From Candidatus Bathyarchaeota archaeon (GTDB lineage: Archaea > Thermoproteota > Bathyarchaeia > Bathyarchaeales > DTEX01), in NCBI GenBank assembly GCA_963714275.1, contig CAVQNT010000003.1, forward strand, positions 160,001-224,000: a stretch of 64,000 nt of DNA, in the 5' to 3' direction. Below the pieces are notes generated by a model. The model ran no database searches. It was not told the DNA's origin and was given only the letters and a program-made list of their open reading frames with translations. The position numbers were made by a program, and so were the translations under genes. Shown one piece after another: positions 12,593 to 23,278 of this stretch (position 1 is the stretch's first letter; every line of letters starts with the position of its first letter).

Positions 12593-13562
12593 GTGTACAT
12601 GTTAGACATTGTTACCTTAGGCGAAGTTTTGATACAATTAAACGCTGCTTCAAATGGTCCATTAAGGCACGTTACATACTTTGAGAAACACGCGGCGGGA
12701 GCAGAAGCAAATTTCGCGATAGGAATGACGAGACTGGGATTCAAAGCTGGCATTATATCACGGGTAAGGGACGATGAGTTCGGGAAATATATTATCAATC
12801 TTTTAAGAGGAGAGGGATTAGATATTTCAAGAATAAAATATGAAAATGAAGCCCCTAACGGCGTATATTTCATACAACGTAACTATCCAATTCCGGGAAA
12901 AAGCAGCGTATTGTATTACCGAAAAGGCTCAACTGCAAGCAAGATGTCAGTTGGTGACATAGACGCGGAATACATAAAAAATGCCAGACTTTTGCATTTG
13001 ACGGGAATAACTCCAGCCTTAAGCTCCAGCTGTAAAGAAGCATGTTTTGAAGCTCTTAAAATTGCGTCAGAAGTTGGCGTCACAATATCTGTTGACACTA
13101 ATATAAGACTAAGCTTGTGGGGCGACGAAGAAGCCCGAAAGACATTATTGCCAATGATTGAAAAGGCGAACATTGTACTCACAGAACCCCAAGACGCCGA
13201 GATTCTTTTGGGAACAAGGAACTCTGAAGACATCGCCAAGAAAATTTTACGAATGGGACCTGAAACTGTAGCCATTAAGCTGGGCGAGGAAGGAGCAATA
13301 GCATACACAAAAAGGGAGACTGCAAGAAAATCTGCTTTCAAGGTTCCGACAGAAGACGCGATTGGGGCAGGTGACGCGTTTGCAGCAGGATTCATTTCAT
13401 AGCTTGTTACGCGGTTTAAACCTAGAAGATGCATTAGAAATTGGAAACGTGGCCGGAGCCTTAGTTGTTACAGTAAAAGGCGACTTTGAGAACATGCCTT
13501 CAATCGATGACGTGAAAAAGTTTCTGGCTGCTCAAAGAAAGGAAATATCTGATCTGAGGTAA
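12593..13562 (+). CDS. kdgK: PfkB sugar kinase, KDG-kinase-like; frameshift near 13395
   Basis: AGAEANFAIG, HLTGITPALS, DTNIRLSLW and DAIGAGDAF; C-terminus lies in ORF 13362..13562. Confidence 0.75.
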
Positions 13563-13650
13563 ATTATTCAAGGTAACTTCCCTTTTTTAGGCTCACAAGC
13601 TTTTAATTTTAATTATTTATGTGACCTCCCTTTTTTGAAGAGTCAGAACG

Positions 13651-13692
13651 TTTATATATTACTAGATGGTAATAATTATTACCTAATGGTAA
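13651..13692 (+). promoter_or_regulatory. TATA box followed by two palindromic operator boxes TTAC-N6-GTAA
   Basis: TTTATATA at 13651-13658; TTACTAGATGGTAA at 13659-13672; TTACCTAATGGTAA at 13679-13692. Confidence 0.65.
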
Positions 13693-13705
13693 GGATCATT
13701 GGACT

Positions 13706-14410
13706 ATGACAACGAGTCACCAGAATCTAATCAAAAAGGCAAAGACGATTTTAATAAAAAAGGGATTCAAAGAAGATCAAATCTACGAAGAATTCGGGTT
13801 CTTGGATTATCGAATTGACGTTGTAGGGTGGAGTGCAAACAAAAAAATAGCGGTAGAATACAGATATTCTGATTCAAAAAAACTTAAAGACCTCGAAAAA
13901 TTCTTTGACGAAGTCATTTGTTTACCTACAGAGAATCCTACTCTCTCATTAACCTCTGAAACTAAGGCGCCTGAACCCTATGAAAAACCTCATCCAGAAA
14001 AACTTGTTGGAATGAGATTGTTGTTATCTAAAAACGAAAACGTTCTCATCGAAATACCACTGTCCATTAAAGATTGGTCAAGGAAACAACTTGAGGATGA
14101 GATGTCATCTTTTGAGGATCAATCTAACAGATTCTCAAAGCTTTTTGATGCCTTGTCGCATGAAACACGTTTAAGAATGATGAACAACCTCTTAGTTGAC
14201 GAGGACCAAACTGTAACTTTCGCCGAATTTATGCGCGACTTGGACCTAAACCCGAAACTTGTCTGGGAGAACACTCGGAAACTAACTGAAGGCGGATTCC
14301 TAAAGAAGACTGGTAGAGGAGAGTATAGATTCTCAGAGTTCGGAGAAACCGAGTTCATGATGATGAGCCTTGCCTTAAGACGTTTAATGGAAGCTCTTGA
14401 AGAGCTTTAG
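13706..14410 (+). CDS. ArsR-like wHTH regulator with an N-terminal PD-(D/E)XK-like domain
   Basis: RIDVVGW...IAVEY at the N-terminus; FDALSHETRLRMM...LTEGGFL wHTH. Confidence 0.7.
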   Translation: MTTSHQNLIKKAKTILIKKGFKEDQIYEEFGFLDYRIDVVGWSANKKIAVEYRYSDSKKLKDLEKFFDEVICLPTENPTLSLTSETKAPEPYEKPHPEKLVGMRLLLSKNENVLIEIPLSIKDWSRKQLEDEMSSFEDQSNRFSKLFDALSHETRLRMMNNLLVDEDQTVTFAEFMRDLDLNPKLVWENTRKLTEGGFLKKTGRGEYRFSEFGETEFMMMSLALRRLMEALEEL

Positions 14411-14436
14411 AACATATAAAGGAGGTGAATGAAGAA

Positions 14437-15000
14437 ATGGACTCATTCTTTAATTTTGATGAATTATTTGAAGACTTTGGTAAGTTCAACAAACAATTTA
14501 TGGACAGAATTCAGAAAGAAATCGATGAAACTGAGAAAGCCATCAAAAAAAGCGAACTAAAAGGCAACTGGGATATTAAAAAAATTGATGAGCCGGGAGT
14601 AAAAGGATTCATAATTCAAGGAAAATTCTGGACAAACGAGCCGTTCGAAACGTTTGACCCCGTTGAACCACTTAGACCTAGAATCAGAAAACCGTTTCCA
14701 GAAAAACCACTAGAATTAAAAGCAGATGATTCTGGAGAAATCCGCGAGCCACTAACAGACCTATTTGAAGAAGACAATACCATAAGGATTTTTGCTGAAT
14801 TACCAGGGGAAGAAAAAGGCGATATAAAACTGGATTTCAAAAAAGACAAGGTTGAAATTAAGGGTAAGAAATTCAATAAGACTGTTACACTTTCAACAGA
14901 AAACATTGACAAAGAAAAAACGACTACAAAATACAAAAATGGCGTACTCGAAATCACTATACCAAAAAAAGGGCACGAACCTAAAATCCACAGACTGTAA
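14437..15000 (+). CDS. hsp20: Small heat-shock protein Hsp20
   Basis: REPLTDLFE, AELPGEEK and YKNGVLEITIPK; GGAGGTGA Shine-Dalgarno at 14421. Confidence 0.9.
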   Translation: MDSFFNFDELFEDFGKFNKQFMDRIQKEIDETEKAIKKSELKGNWDIKKIDEPGVKGFIIQGKFWTNEPFETFDPVEPLRPRIRKPFPEKPLELKADDSGEIREPLTDLFEEDNTIRIFAELPGEEKGDIKLDFKKDKVEIKGKKFNKTVTLSTENIDKEKTTTKYKNGVLEITIPKKGHEPKIHRL

Positions 15001-15047
15001 TTAACTTAAAAAGTATTGACCAAAAACAACCGAAAATTCTAGTATAA

Positions 15048-15078
15048 ATCACGTTTATATCGTGATGCGTGATATCAC
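15048..15078. repeat. ATCAC/GTGAT motif cluster including the palindrome GTGATATCAC
   Basis: Motifs at 15048, 15062, 15069 and 15074. Confidence 0.5.
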
Positions 15079-15297
15079 TTTAAGTGTTAGAATGGAAATA
15101 TTTTTTATTCAATATTTTTTTATGATATATTTTTTATTTTATATTTTGGACATCTGATTTTTCTATATAAGAGTCCCTAATTTTAATAGTTTATTTTTTT
15201 CATCTGAATGAATATTTTAAGAGAAACTTATTTCATAAAAAAACATCTAAACATGTTTTTAGTTGTTTTACCTAAAATTTTATTGGATTAAACATGT

Positions 15298-18031
15298 TTG
15301 TTATTATTGATGAACAAACAAAAAATAATTATTGTTATTCTTGGGGTGATTTTGTTGACCGTGTTTATTGCGAATACTATGCTGCAAAGTAAACCAGAAC
15401 AGAAGCTTTTTCCGTTTTATCTGCCTTGGGACGATTCTGAAGAGACAATCGTGAGTCTTAGCCATTATCTGAATAAACCAGCAGGAAGGCTTGGAAGGGT
15501 TCAAGCTGGCACAGACGGTCACCTTTACAGTGGCGGAGATAGAATAAAATTTTTGGGAGTAAATATTTGTGCTGGAACTGCTTTTCCCGAAAAAGAAAAA
15601 GCTGAACAAATTGCTGCGAGACTAGCTAAATATGGCATTAATGTTGTTCGGTTCCATCACATGGACGCTGCTTGGGAATCCTTTAACATTTTTGACCGAT
15701 CTTATGGAAATACTAGGCATTTGAGTGAAGAGGCTCTTGATCGTTTAGACTATTTTATAGCTAGCCTTAAAAAAAACGGCGTATACGTGGACCTTAATCT
15801 TCTGGTGTCCCGAGGGCTTTCAAGTGCAGATGGATTGTCATCAGAAATTGATTTAGTAGATTGGAAGGACCAGCAGGTATTAGGGTTCTTTATTGACGAA
15901 GTCCAAGGACTTCAAAAAGAGTATGCCAGACAACTTTTAACTCATTACAATTCCTACACTGGATTAACTAATGCTGAAGATCCAGCTGTAGCGTTTGTGG
16001 AAATAGTCAATGAGCAAGGCCTGATACAAGGCTGGCTTAGCGGAGTAATCGACAGGCTTCCACAAATTTATAAGGACCGATTATCAAAACAATGGAACCT
16101 TTTTCTAAAACAAAAATATGGATCAACAGAGAACCTAACAGCGTCCTGGAACGAAGGGCAAGGACTCCCGCAGGTGGAAATGCTGACAAACGGTTATTTT
16201 ACACTAGGCTTAGAAGGGTGGGTTGTAGAAACGCATGAACCAGCAAGCACATCCTATGAAGTTACATCTGGATCTGATGAAAATAATGTTCTTAGAATAA
16301 CAGTCACTAACCCTGGAATGGCAGGATGGCACGTTCAATTCAATTACCCAACTTTGGCAATAGAGGCTGAAGAAAGTTATTTTGTTCGGTTCAAGGCCAG
16401 AGCTGACCAGCCTGTAACGTTAAGTGTTGGAATAGGGCAAGCGTATGAGCCTTGGTCATCTCTATCTAACACGGTATCAATTGATTTGACGACTGAATGG
16501 AAAGATTATGAGATACCTCTCATAGCCTCAGAGTCTGACGATAACGCTAGACTGAGCATATCAAACTTGGGAACAACGACTACCACGTACCAATTCTCCT
16601 GTTTCTCTATGAAGCCATTCAAAGGCTATTCTCTGAAAGAAGACGAAACTCTTGAGCTTTCTTCAGTCAGAATCTTCACGCTTGATGTATTTGGGAGTAG
16701 GACTCTGAATGCTAAAAGGGATTGGGTAGAGTTTCTTTATGGGCTAGAGGAAGAGTATTTTTCTGGGATGCGAAGATACCTGAAAGAGGACCTTGGAGTA
16801 CAATCCCTCATCATAGGAACAATAGTGGGTTGCAGCACACCTAACATAATGGCTCAGCTTGACGTTGTCGATACACATTCTTACTGGCAACACCCCTCGT
16901 TTCCCGGCGTGTCATGGGACTCAAACAACTGGTATGTCATAAACGAACCGATGGTCAATTATTTGAATACCAGCACAATTCCCGGACTGGCTTTAAAAAG
17001 AGTCTATGGTAAACCTCTTTTTGTGACTGAATACAACCATCCATCGCCTAACATGTATGACGCTGAAACCGTAGTTACCTTGGCAACATATGCCGCGCTT
17101 CAAGATTGGGATGGAATCTTTTTGTTTGATTATGGCAGCCGAGATAACTGGGACTCAAGAATGATTAGAAGTTACTTCGACAATGACCAGCATCCACTTA
17201 AAATGGCGTCATTGATACCTGCGTACATGATTTTCGTAAGGGGAGACGTCAAACCGCTAACAATTTAGTAGCTGAAAAGTTGAATGAACATGAAGAAATT
17301 GACTTTATTGCGAAAGGAAGAGCGAACGCCTGGACCCTTATCGATGGTAAGACCCTTGGAATACAATCATATATGCCGCTCTTTTATAAAACTGCCATTT
17401 TAGTTGAGGGAATCACTGAACCCGAAAGGTTTCTAACACCACAAGAAGTAGAGACACTGGTTCAGTCCACGATTCAGATACCGGTGAAATAGTTTGGGAC
17501 ATTTCAAACGGGGAACATGGCGTATTACTTGTTAACACCTCTAAAAGCGTAGCAGTCATAGGGTTTGGATGTGGAAAAAAGTTAAATTTTGAAAACGTCG
17601 CCATTGAACCAGGAAAGACGTTACTTGACACTTGGAGCATTATGACTCTTTCAGTGATTGATGGAGAAAGTTTCGACAATTGGAACTCTTTGCTTCTCGT
17701 AACAGCTGGCTTTTCTACAAATAATGGCTCGACCATACGTGAATACCAAACTGGAAACATTTTAGTAACAGGATCCATGAATACATCACAGATCACACAA
17801 TACAATGGAGAGATCACGTGCGCTAACACTTGGGGACAGGCACCCACACTTGTCGAAGGAATCCCTGGCGTAGTCTGGGTTCGAACCTCAAAAGACATCG
17901 AAGTTTGGGCTTTGAATAATAAAGGCGAAAGAGTACAAGAAGTGCCTGTCTCAACAGAAGGCGAATACAAATTGTTTACAATAAGGTCAGAGTACAAAAC
18001 CATATGGTATGAAGTTACAGTTAAAAGCTAG
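15298..18031 (+). CDS. Membrane-anchored/secreted clan GH-A (GH5-like) glycoside hydrolase with an inserted CBM4/9 module; frameshifts ~17255 and ~17455
   Basis: N-terminal TM; VVRFHHMD, EIVNE acid/base, HSYWQHP, VTEYNH nucleophile; WHVQ-type CBM; SDTGEIVWD found in the shifted frame. Confidence 0.8.
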
Positions 18032-18122
18032 ATACTTACGCCACTCGATTTTTACACACACGAATATTTTTATTTATTTTATAATTCAGAAACAGCAAAG
18101 GTTTTATCTTTACTTTTTTTAA

Positions 18123-19037
18123 ATGTCATTCCGTCTTGGAGGAATGTCTTTGAAGATAATAGGATGCCCCGGTTCATTTGAATTGGCGGGCAAAATTAGT
18201 ATTTTAACAACTTGGCCGAGGTTTTTAATCGATACGAAAAGGTTTCCTGATGGAGAATTCTATTTTAGGTTCGAAGAAAATATTTCTGGGGAAGAACTGC
18301 TTGTTGTTCAGAGCTTGTTTCCGTCGCAAGATACTCATTTAGTTGAACTTTTTTTGATTCTTCAAACGGCAAGATACCTCAAAGCTAAATCAATCAATGT
18401 CTTCATTCCTTACTTGGCTTATAGTCGACAAGATGAACGATATCTGGACGGAGAATGCTTAAGCGCAGGTCTGATAGCTGAACTGCTGCAACACCTGGGG
18501 GCTGACTCCCTTTATACAATTGACGTGCACAACCAAAATGTTTTAAACATGTATAAAATTCCTGCTTATACCTTATCAGCGTCAGCGGAACTGGCAAAAT
18601 ACTTTGTTTCAAAAAACCTCAAGGATCCGTTTGTTGTTGCTCCTGACGATGAAGAGATGGCTTTGAAACGGGCTGAAACTGCTGCAAAAAGTATTGGCGC
18701 TGAATATGATTTTTTCGAAAAAAGCAGAGACCGTCACACCGGTGATATCATAACGCATTCAAAGAAGGTTAACGTAAAAGGTAGAGACGTAATAATAATC
18801 GACGACATCATAAGCACTGGTAAAACTTCGGCTAATGTAGCAAAAATACTTAAAAAGCAAGGAGCACGAAGAGTGTTCATCGGAGTCTCGCATGCGCTAC
18901 TTTTGGGGAACGCTTTGAAACTCTTAACTTCTTCAGGAGTAGATGAAATTGTTGGAACAGATAGCGTGGCCAATAGTTTTGCAAAGGTCTCCGTCGCACC
19001 AATATTAACTAAAGCTCTAAAAACATGTAATAAATAA
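18123..19037 (+). CDS. prs: Ribose-phosphate pyrophosphokinase
   Basis: RFPDGE, PYLAYSRQD and IIDDIISTGKT. Confidence 0.95.
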   Translation: MSFRLGGMSLKIIGCPGSFELAGKISILTTWPRFLIDTKRFPDGEFYFRFEENISGEELLVVQSLFPSQDTHLVELFLILQTARYLKAKSINVFIPYLAYSRQDERYLDGECLSAGLIAELLQHLGADSLYTIDVHNQNVLNMYKIPAYTLSASAELAKYFVSKNLKDPFVVAPDDEEMALKRAETAAKSIGAEYDFFEKSRDRHTGDIITHSKKVNVKGRDVIIIDDIISTGKTSANVAKILKKQGARRVFIGVSHALLLGNALKLLTSSGVDEIVGTDSVANSFAKVSVAPILTKALKTCNK

Positions 19038-19177
19038 AATTTTATATGTAAATATCTATAATCTTTTTTGTGAGATTAAGGATAGCTCACTAATTTTTAA
19101 CATTTTTTTAAAAAAATGTTAACTAAAGTTATATGGTTTGGTTGTGGAATAATATTTTCTTTTCAATTATACAATAT

Positions 19178-19453
19178 TTATATTTCTATTAACTTTTTTT
19201 GACCTATGCCAGTTAATACCCAAATATATGGTTTTTTACTGTTTCTTTTAATAATATTTTCGTTTTCCAATAAATGTAAATGATGCAGAATTGAGGAGTA
19301 GTGAATCCCAGTTTTTTCGTTAATTGCCTTTGCGGTACATTGGAGTATATCTAGGGTTGAGACTATTTTTGTTCTTGTCACAAGCCCCTTTTTTACATTC
19401 TTTGTTTTTATCAAAAAGGCTTTTGGATGATAATAATCTCTAATCATTTCCAT
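19178..19453 (-). CDS. Small winged-helix DNA-binding protein
   Basis: TAKAINEKTGIHYSSILHHLHLLENENII...PYIW. Confidence 0.7.
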   Translation of the reverse strand: MEMIRDYYHPKAFLIKTKNVKKGLVTRTKIVSTLDILQCTAKAINEKTGIHYSSILHHLHLLENENIIKRNSKKPYIWVLTGIGQKKLIEI

Positions 19454-19486
19454 TAGAATTATGTAGGGAAGTTGAATAAAAAATTT

Positions 19487-19798
19487 TTATTCTGTATGGA
19501 TTCTACAAAGAATGGTTGTGGACCATTTTTCTATCGTTCGCCCCATCGTCCTTTTGTAAGTATTTTGGGCGATCTCTTTTCTTTTATCTGCACAGTTTCG
19601 GCATCTTTCGTGTCTCATGTCAGATGGTCCATCACATTTTCCACAGTTGAGAAGTAACGTTTCCCCTAGCCCCTTCAAATCAGTCCAAGCATATTCTCTT
19701 TCGTCGAATTCGGGTTCAAAGTCTGGCCATAGATCATAAATATTGTTTTGTTTCATGGCTTCCTTTAAAGATGTAAAATAATGCTCAAATGAAGTCAT
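19487..19798 (-). CDS. Hypothetical protein with two CxxC pairs
   Basis: CGKC...CRNC; co-oriented in the GGGPS gene string. Confidence 0.6.
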   Translation of the reverse strand: MTSFEHYFTSLKEAMKQNNIYDLWPDFEPEFDEREYAWTDLKGLGETLLLNCGKCDGPSDMRHERCRNCADKRKEIAQNTYKRTMGRTIEKWSTTILCRIHTE

Positions 19799-19821
19799 GG
19801 TGTTTTGCCTCCTTTTTATTA

Positions 19822-20592
19822 TTATTTTCTATTGTTGACTCCTTCTTTTATACCTTCCATTATTTCAGTAATTTTATTTTTGATAGATTCTTTTGCTGTT
19901 TTTTCGAAAATGGTGCTAGTCACAATAATGTCTGCACCGGCCGAAACGATATCTCTAGTTTGTTCGCCTGTTCTAATTCCACCTCCTACAATTAACGGGA
20001 TACCGACAACTGTTTTTACCATACGTACCATTTCAGTTGGAACAGGCTTGCCTACACCTGACCCCGCTTCTAAATAAATGAAGCGCATACCAAGATATTT
20101 TGCTGCTAAAGAATGAGCGACTGAAAGTTCAGGTTTATTGTTTGGAATTGAAATGGCTTTTCCGATTACTGCAGCAGCTCCGCCTTCTCCAATTATGAGA
20201 TAGCCTAGCGGAATTACTTCTATCCCATATTTCATGACTAAAGGGGCAGCGAGTACTTGAACGCCCATTATAAAATATGGATCTAAAGAATTGAGAAGAG
20301 ACATAAACCATATAGCGTCCGCATGTTTGCTTATGCCTGTTAAATTGTTAGGAAAAAGAATGATTGGAATCTTTACACACTTTTTTATTGCTTTGACTGT
20401 TGAATCCAAATGACATGACGATGTTATTGTAGAGCCACCTATCATTATAGATGAGCTTCCACATGCTTCGCACTCTTCTGCTAAAAAGGATGCTTCATCT
20501 TGACCAATCTTTTCCGGATCTATAAGGGTCATGTGTATAGCACCATTTTGCTTAATTTTTTCTAAAATATACTTCTCGGTTTTTCCAATCAT
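19822..20592 (-). CDS. Geranylgeranylglyceryl phosphate synthase
   Basis: TLIDPEK, IMIGGS, YLEAGSG and VGGGIR. Confidence 0.92.
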   Translation of the reverse strand: MIGKTEKYILEKIKQNGAIHMTLIDPEKIGQDEASFLAEECEACGSSSIMIGGSTITSSCHLDSTVKAIKKCVKIPIILFPNNLTGISKHADAIWFMSLLNSLDPYFIMGVQVLAAPLVMKYGIEVIPLGYLIIGEGGAAAVIGKAISIPNNKPELSVAHSLAAKYLGMRFIYLEAGSGVGKPVPTEMVRMVKTVVGIPLIVGGGIRTGEQTRDIVSAGADIIVTSTIFEKTAKESIKNKITEIMEGIKEGVNNRK

Positions 20593-20615
20593 TCAATGTA
20601 CCCCTTGGACCTCGG

Positions 20616-20843
20616 TTATTTATAAAATTCGTCAATAAACTTACAATAGACATCAACTTCTTCAGATGAAGGCTTAACTGATATTTCTTTAATGAGACCA
20701 CATCCTCCACATTTTAATATGCCCTTTTCTTCTTTAGCGTTTATCTCAACTCTTAATGCTTCTCTTCCACATTTTGGGCATAGAAAAATTTTTGGTAGTC
20801 TTTTCTTAGGAATTCTGACGACCTTTCTTCTGCGTCTTCCCAT
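20616..20843 (-). CDS. elf1: Transcription elongation factor Elf1
   Basis: MGRRRRK...FLCPKCG...CGGCGL...VDVYCKFID. Confidence 0.88.
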   Translation of the reverse strand: MGRRRRKVVRIPKKRLPKIFLCPKCGREALRVEINAKEEKGILKCGGCGLIKEISVKPSSEEVDVYCKFIDEFYK

Positions 20844-20926
20844 GGTAATTCGCCGTAATAGTATGACTTTGTTTGACACTTAAAGATTTGTGATTTGAAC
20901 ATTTTATAAAATTTTGTTAATTTAAT

Positions 20927-21002
20927 ATCATAAGCAAATCACATTGCAGATCATATGTAACATCACGACTGTTATCACAAATTATATCACGCTAAGCATC
21001 AC
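20927..21002 (+). repeat. Phased ATCA(C/T) direct-repeat array with a 12-bp period
   Basis: ATCAY at 20938, 20950, 20962, 20974, 20986 and 20998, plus one at 20927. Confidence 0.8.
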
Positions 21003-21257
21003 AGTCGGGGTTGAAATCAAAAGTATTCAATACATAATTAAGTGTATATTAAATTCAATGCTCTTTTAATAAAAAATCAAAGACGTCCTTTAAGTAGAGT
21101 GGTATTATTAATTCATTATAATTATAATGTATAATTAAATATAATCCTTTATAAGATATTAAAAAATGTTTTGCCTAAAAAAAGTTAATGAAAATATTTA
21201 TATTATGCAAAAAAAGATGTGTATACAAAGTTGTATTCTTCTTAAGGGTCGGTTAAG

Positions 21258-21749
21258 ATGGTTAATCCCAATACAAAAGAAAGTATTAGAAAATGGTTAA
21301 TAGGCATCTCTACAGATCCAATTGCTAAATCACTTTTAGAAAATAGTCATTTAACCAAAATACAATTAGAAACATTCTTAATTGATGTTTTAGCTGGAAA
21401 AACAACTCGTAAATTTTTGACATATGAAAAAAAGGCTAATATGAGGTTAATAAAAACAGGTGTAAGTCGCGGAGCATTTAATCGAACTCTCTCTCAAGCC
21501 AGAAAAAACATCATAAAATCAATATATACTTTAATTTTGTTAGGGTATCTTGGTTTATTTGAAACTACTAATCTTGAGCCTTACGTAGAAATTGCTAACA
21601 GAATACAGACTTATACCGAAGCTTACAGGGAACTTCTAACATCAAAAAAAGCTTCAGATGAACATCTCCGTATCATAAATATGCTTCAAAACGAGATAGA
21701 GAAAACTTTACAGCAATTATCACGACCTAAAGAAATGTCAAGAAAGTGA
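21258..21749 (+). CDS. Tfx-like HTH DNA-binding protein
   Basis: SHLTKIQLE...GVSRGAFNRTLSQARKNIIKSIYTL resembles the Tfx HTH region. Confidence 0.6.
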   Translation: MVNPNTKESIRKWLIGISTDPIAKSLLENSHLTKIQLETFLIDVLAGKTTRKFLTYEKKANMRLIKTGVSRGAFNRTLSQARKNIIKSIYTLILLGYLGLFETTNLEPYVEIANRIQTYTEAYRELLTSKKASDEHLRIINMLQNEIEKTLQQLSRPKEMSRK

Positions 21750-21945
21750 CATCACATATCACAATTTTAATGTTACATAAAATTTTGTATGATGTGTTTT
21801 TTATGAAAATTATGACGTGATAATCACGCTTGTGAGTAATATTTGTTATATTGTGAGATGATTTTGTTTTTTTGTGATACGAAAACTTTATTAAAAATAT
21901 GTGATTTCTTTTAATACTAATGTGATATGTGATTTATGATGTCAC
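21746..21945. repeat. Dense GTGAY/RTCAC array in an intergenic region
   Basis: About 15 motif copies; pseudo-palindromes GTGACATCAC (21746) and ATGATGTCAC (21936); 7-bp tandem spacing at 21751/21758 and 21922/21929/21936. Confidence 0.75.
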
Positions 21946-21964
21946 AATGAATGGAGAAAAATGA

Positions 21965-22657
21965 ATGATTGATATCTTTGCAGCAATATACGTTTTTCTT
22001 TTCCTTTTCACATCATGCATGACCCTCTCTTATTATCTAAAAATTAAACAGGCTTCTAAAGAATACATGAAAGCAAAAAAAGCATTGGATGAGATAATAA
22101 TCAGTTTTAATAAGGAACTTCGAACTGAGGATGAAAAAATTCGAGACCTTGAACAAAAAAATAACTCAAAAATTGTGGAAGCGCTTGACGCTGTGACCCG
22201 TATTGAACCGAAAATAACAAATTTAGAAGATAGACTAAAGAAAATTGAAGAATCTGCAACAATAGTCAATAATCATAAAAAAAACACCAAAAAAATGATT
22301 AATAATACATTAAGCCAACAAACTGAACCTATAAAAGAAACTATCATGACTTCTGTGGCTACAAACGGTTATGAAACCAATGAAAAATTAGACGTTTCCC
22401 CAATTCCTTTAAGAAGAGAAAGCGCCCTTGCCTCGCTTACAGAAACTGAATTAAAAATATTAGAGCTATTAGCTCAGCAAGGCGAGAAAACAGCTGTTCA
22501 GATACGTAATGAAATAAAATTAACTAGAGAACATACGGCACGACTTATGAAAAAGCTGTATGTCAGTGATTATGTGGAACGACGAACGGATCGAACACCG
22601 TACGTTTATCGTCTGAAAAAGGAGATGGAGACCCTTTTGAACGCGAATGACTCTTAA
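21965..22657 (+). CDS. Membrane-anchored coiled-coil protein with a C-terminal winged-helix domain
   Basis: N-terminal TM helix (IFAAIYVFLFLFTSCMTLSYY), heptad-rich middle, LTETELKILELL...LTREHTARLMKKLYVSDYVER...PYVYRL. Confidence 0.8.
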   Translation: MIDIFAAIYVFLFLFTSCMTLSYYLKIKQASKEYMKAKKALDEIIISFNKELRTEDEKIRDLEQKNNSKIVEALDAVTRIEPKITNLEDRLKKIEESATIVNNHKKNTKKMINNTLSQQTEPIKETIMTSVATNGYETNEKLDVSPIPLRRESALASLTETELKILELLAQQGEKTAVQIRNEIKLTREHTARLMKKLYVSDYVERRTDRTPYVYRLKKEMETLLNANDS

Positions 22658-22666
22658 TTTAGGGAT

Positions 22667-23077
22667 TTAACGATTTTTTATGAAATTTCTTAATTCTTCA
22701 GATACAAGCCTGAAAAGAACTTTGTTTGAATTCTTTTCTTTTATTAGTATTCCCTTGTCAGATAATCTGGATAAGTATGTTGAAATAGTGCTTAAATCGA
22801 TTTGTTCTCCCGTTTCCTGATTATACGTTAATTGTGCTTCACTGGCAGAAAATTTTGTTAAAAGAAAATGTTTTTCGATTATGAATCTGACTTTATCAAT
22901 TTTTGAAAATCCTTCAGTTTTTTGAGGATTGTTCTCGAATGCCGGTATTCCTCCAAGTAGCTCAATCATGTCTAAAATTCGTAGAGCGCTTTTTCTAGTT
23001 ACATTTCCTTCAACGCTAACTTTATACCTATTTCCTGTTTCATCGAAAACTTCGACTCTCATTTTCTTAAGGGGCAT
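22667..23077 (-). CDS. Uncharacterised winged-helix protein beside the origin
   Basis: IDLSTISTYLSRLSDKGILIKEK...VLFRL wHTH; small beta-rich N-terminal domain. Confidence 0.75.
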   Translation of the reverse strand: MPLKKMRVEVFDETGNRYKVSVEGNVTRKSALRILDMIELLGGIPAFENNPQKTEGFSKIDKVRFIIEKHFLLTKFSASEAQLTYNQETGEQIDLSTISTYLSRLSDKGILIKEKNSNKVLFRLVSEELRNFIKNR

Positions 23078-23278
23078 AATTGATACTGCCTATTATTTTG
23101 TATTAGCGTTAAGTATTTACATTTTACAACCTATAAAGAATTCGGTTAATAAAAAAAGATAAAAAGCAAAAAAATGAAACGATTTTAAAATAAAGGGATT
23201 TTTAAGCATATTTGATTTAACACCATTAACAATAGATTCGTTTTTTAAAAAAGTGATTAAATAAAACTTAGTCTTATT

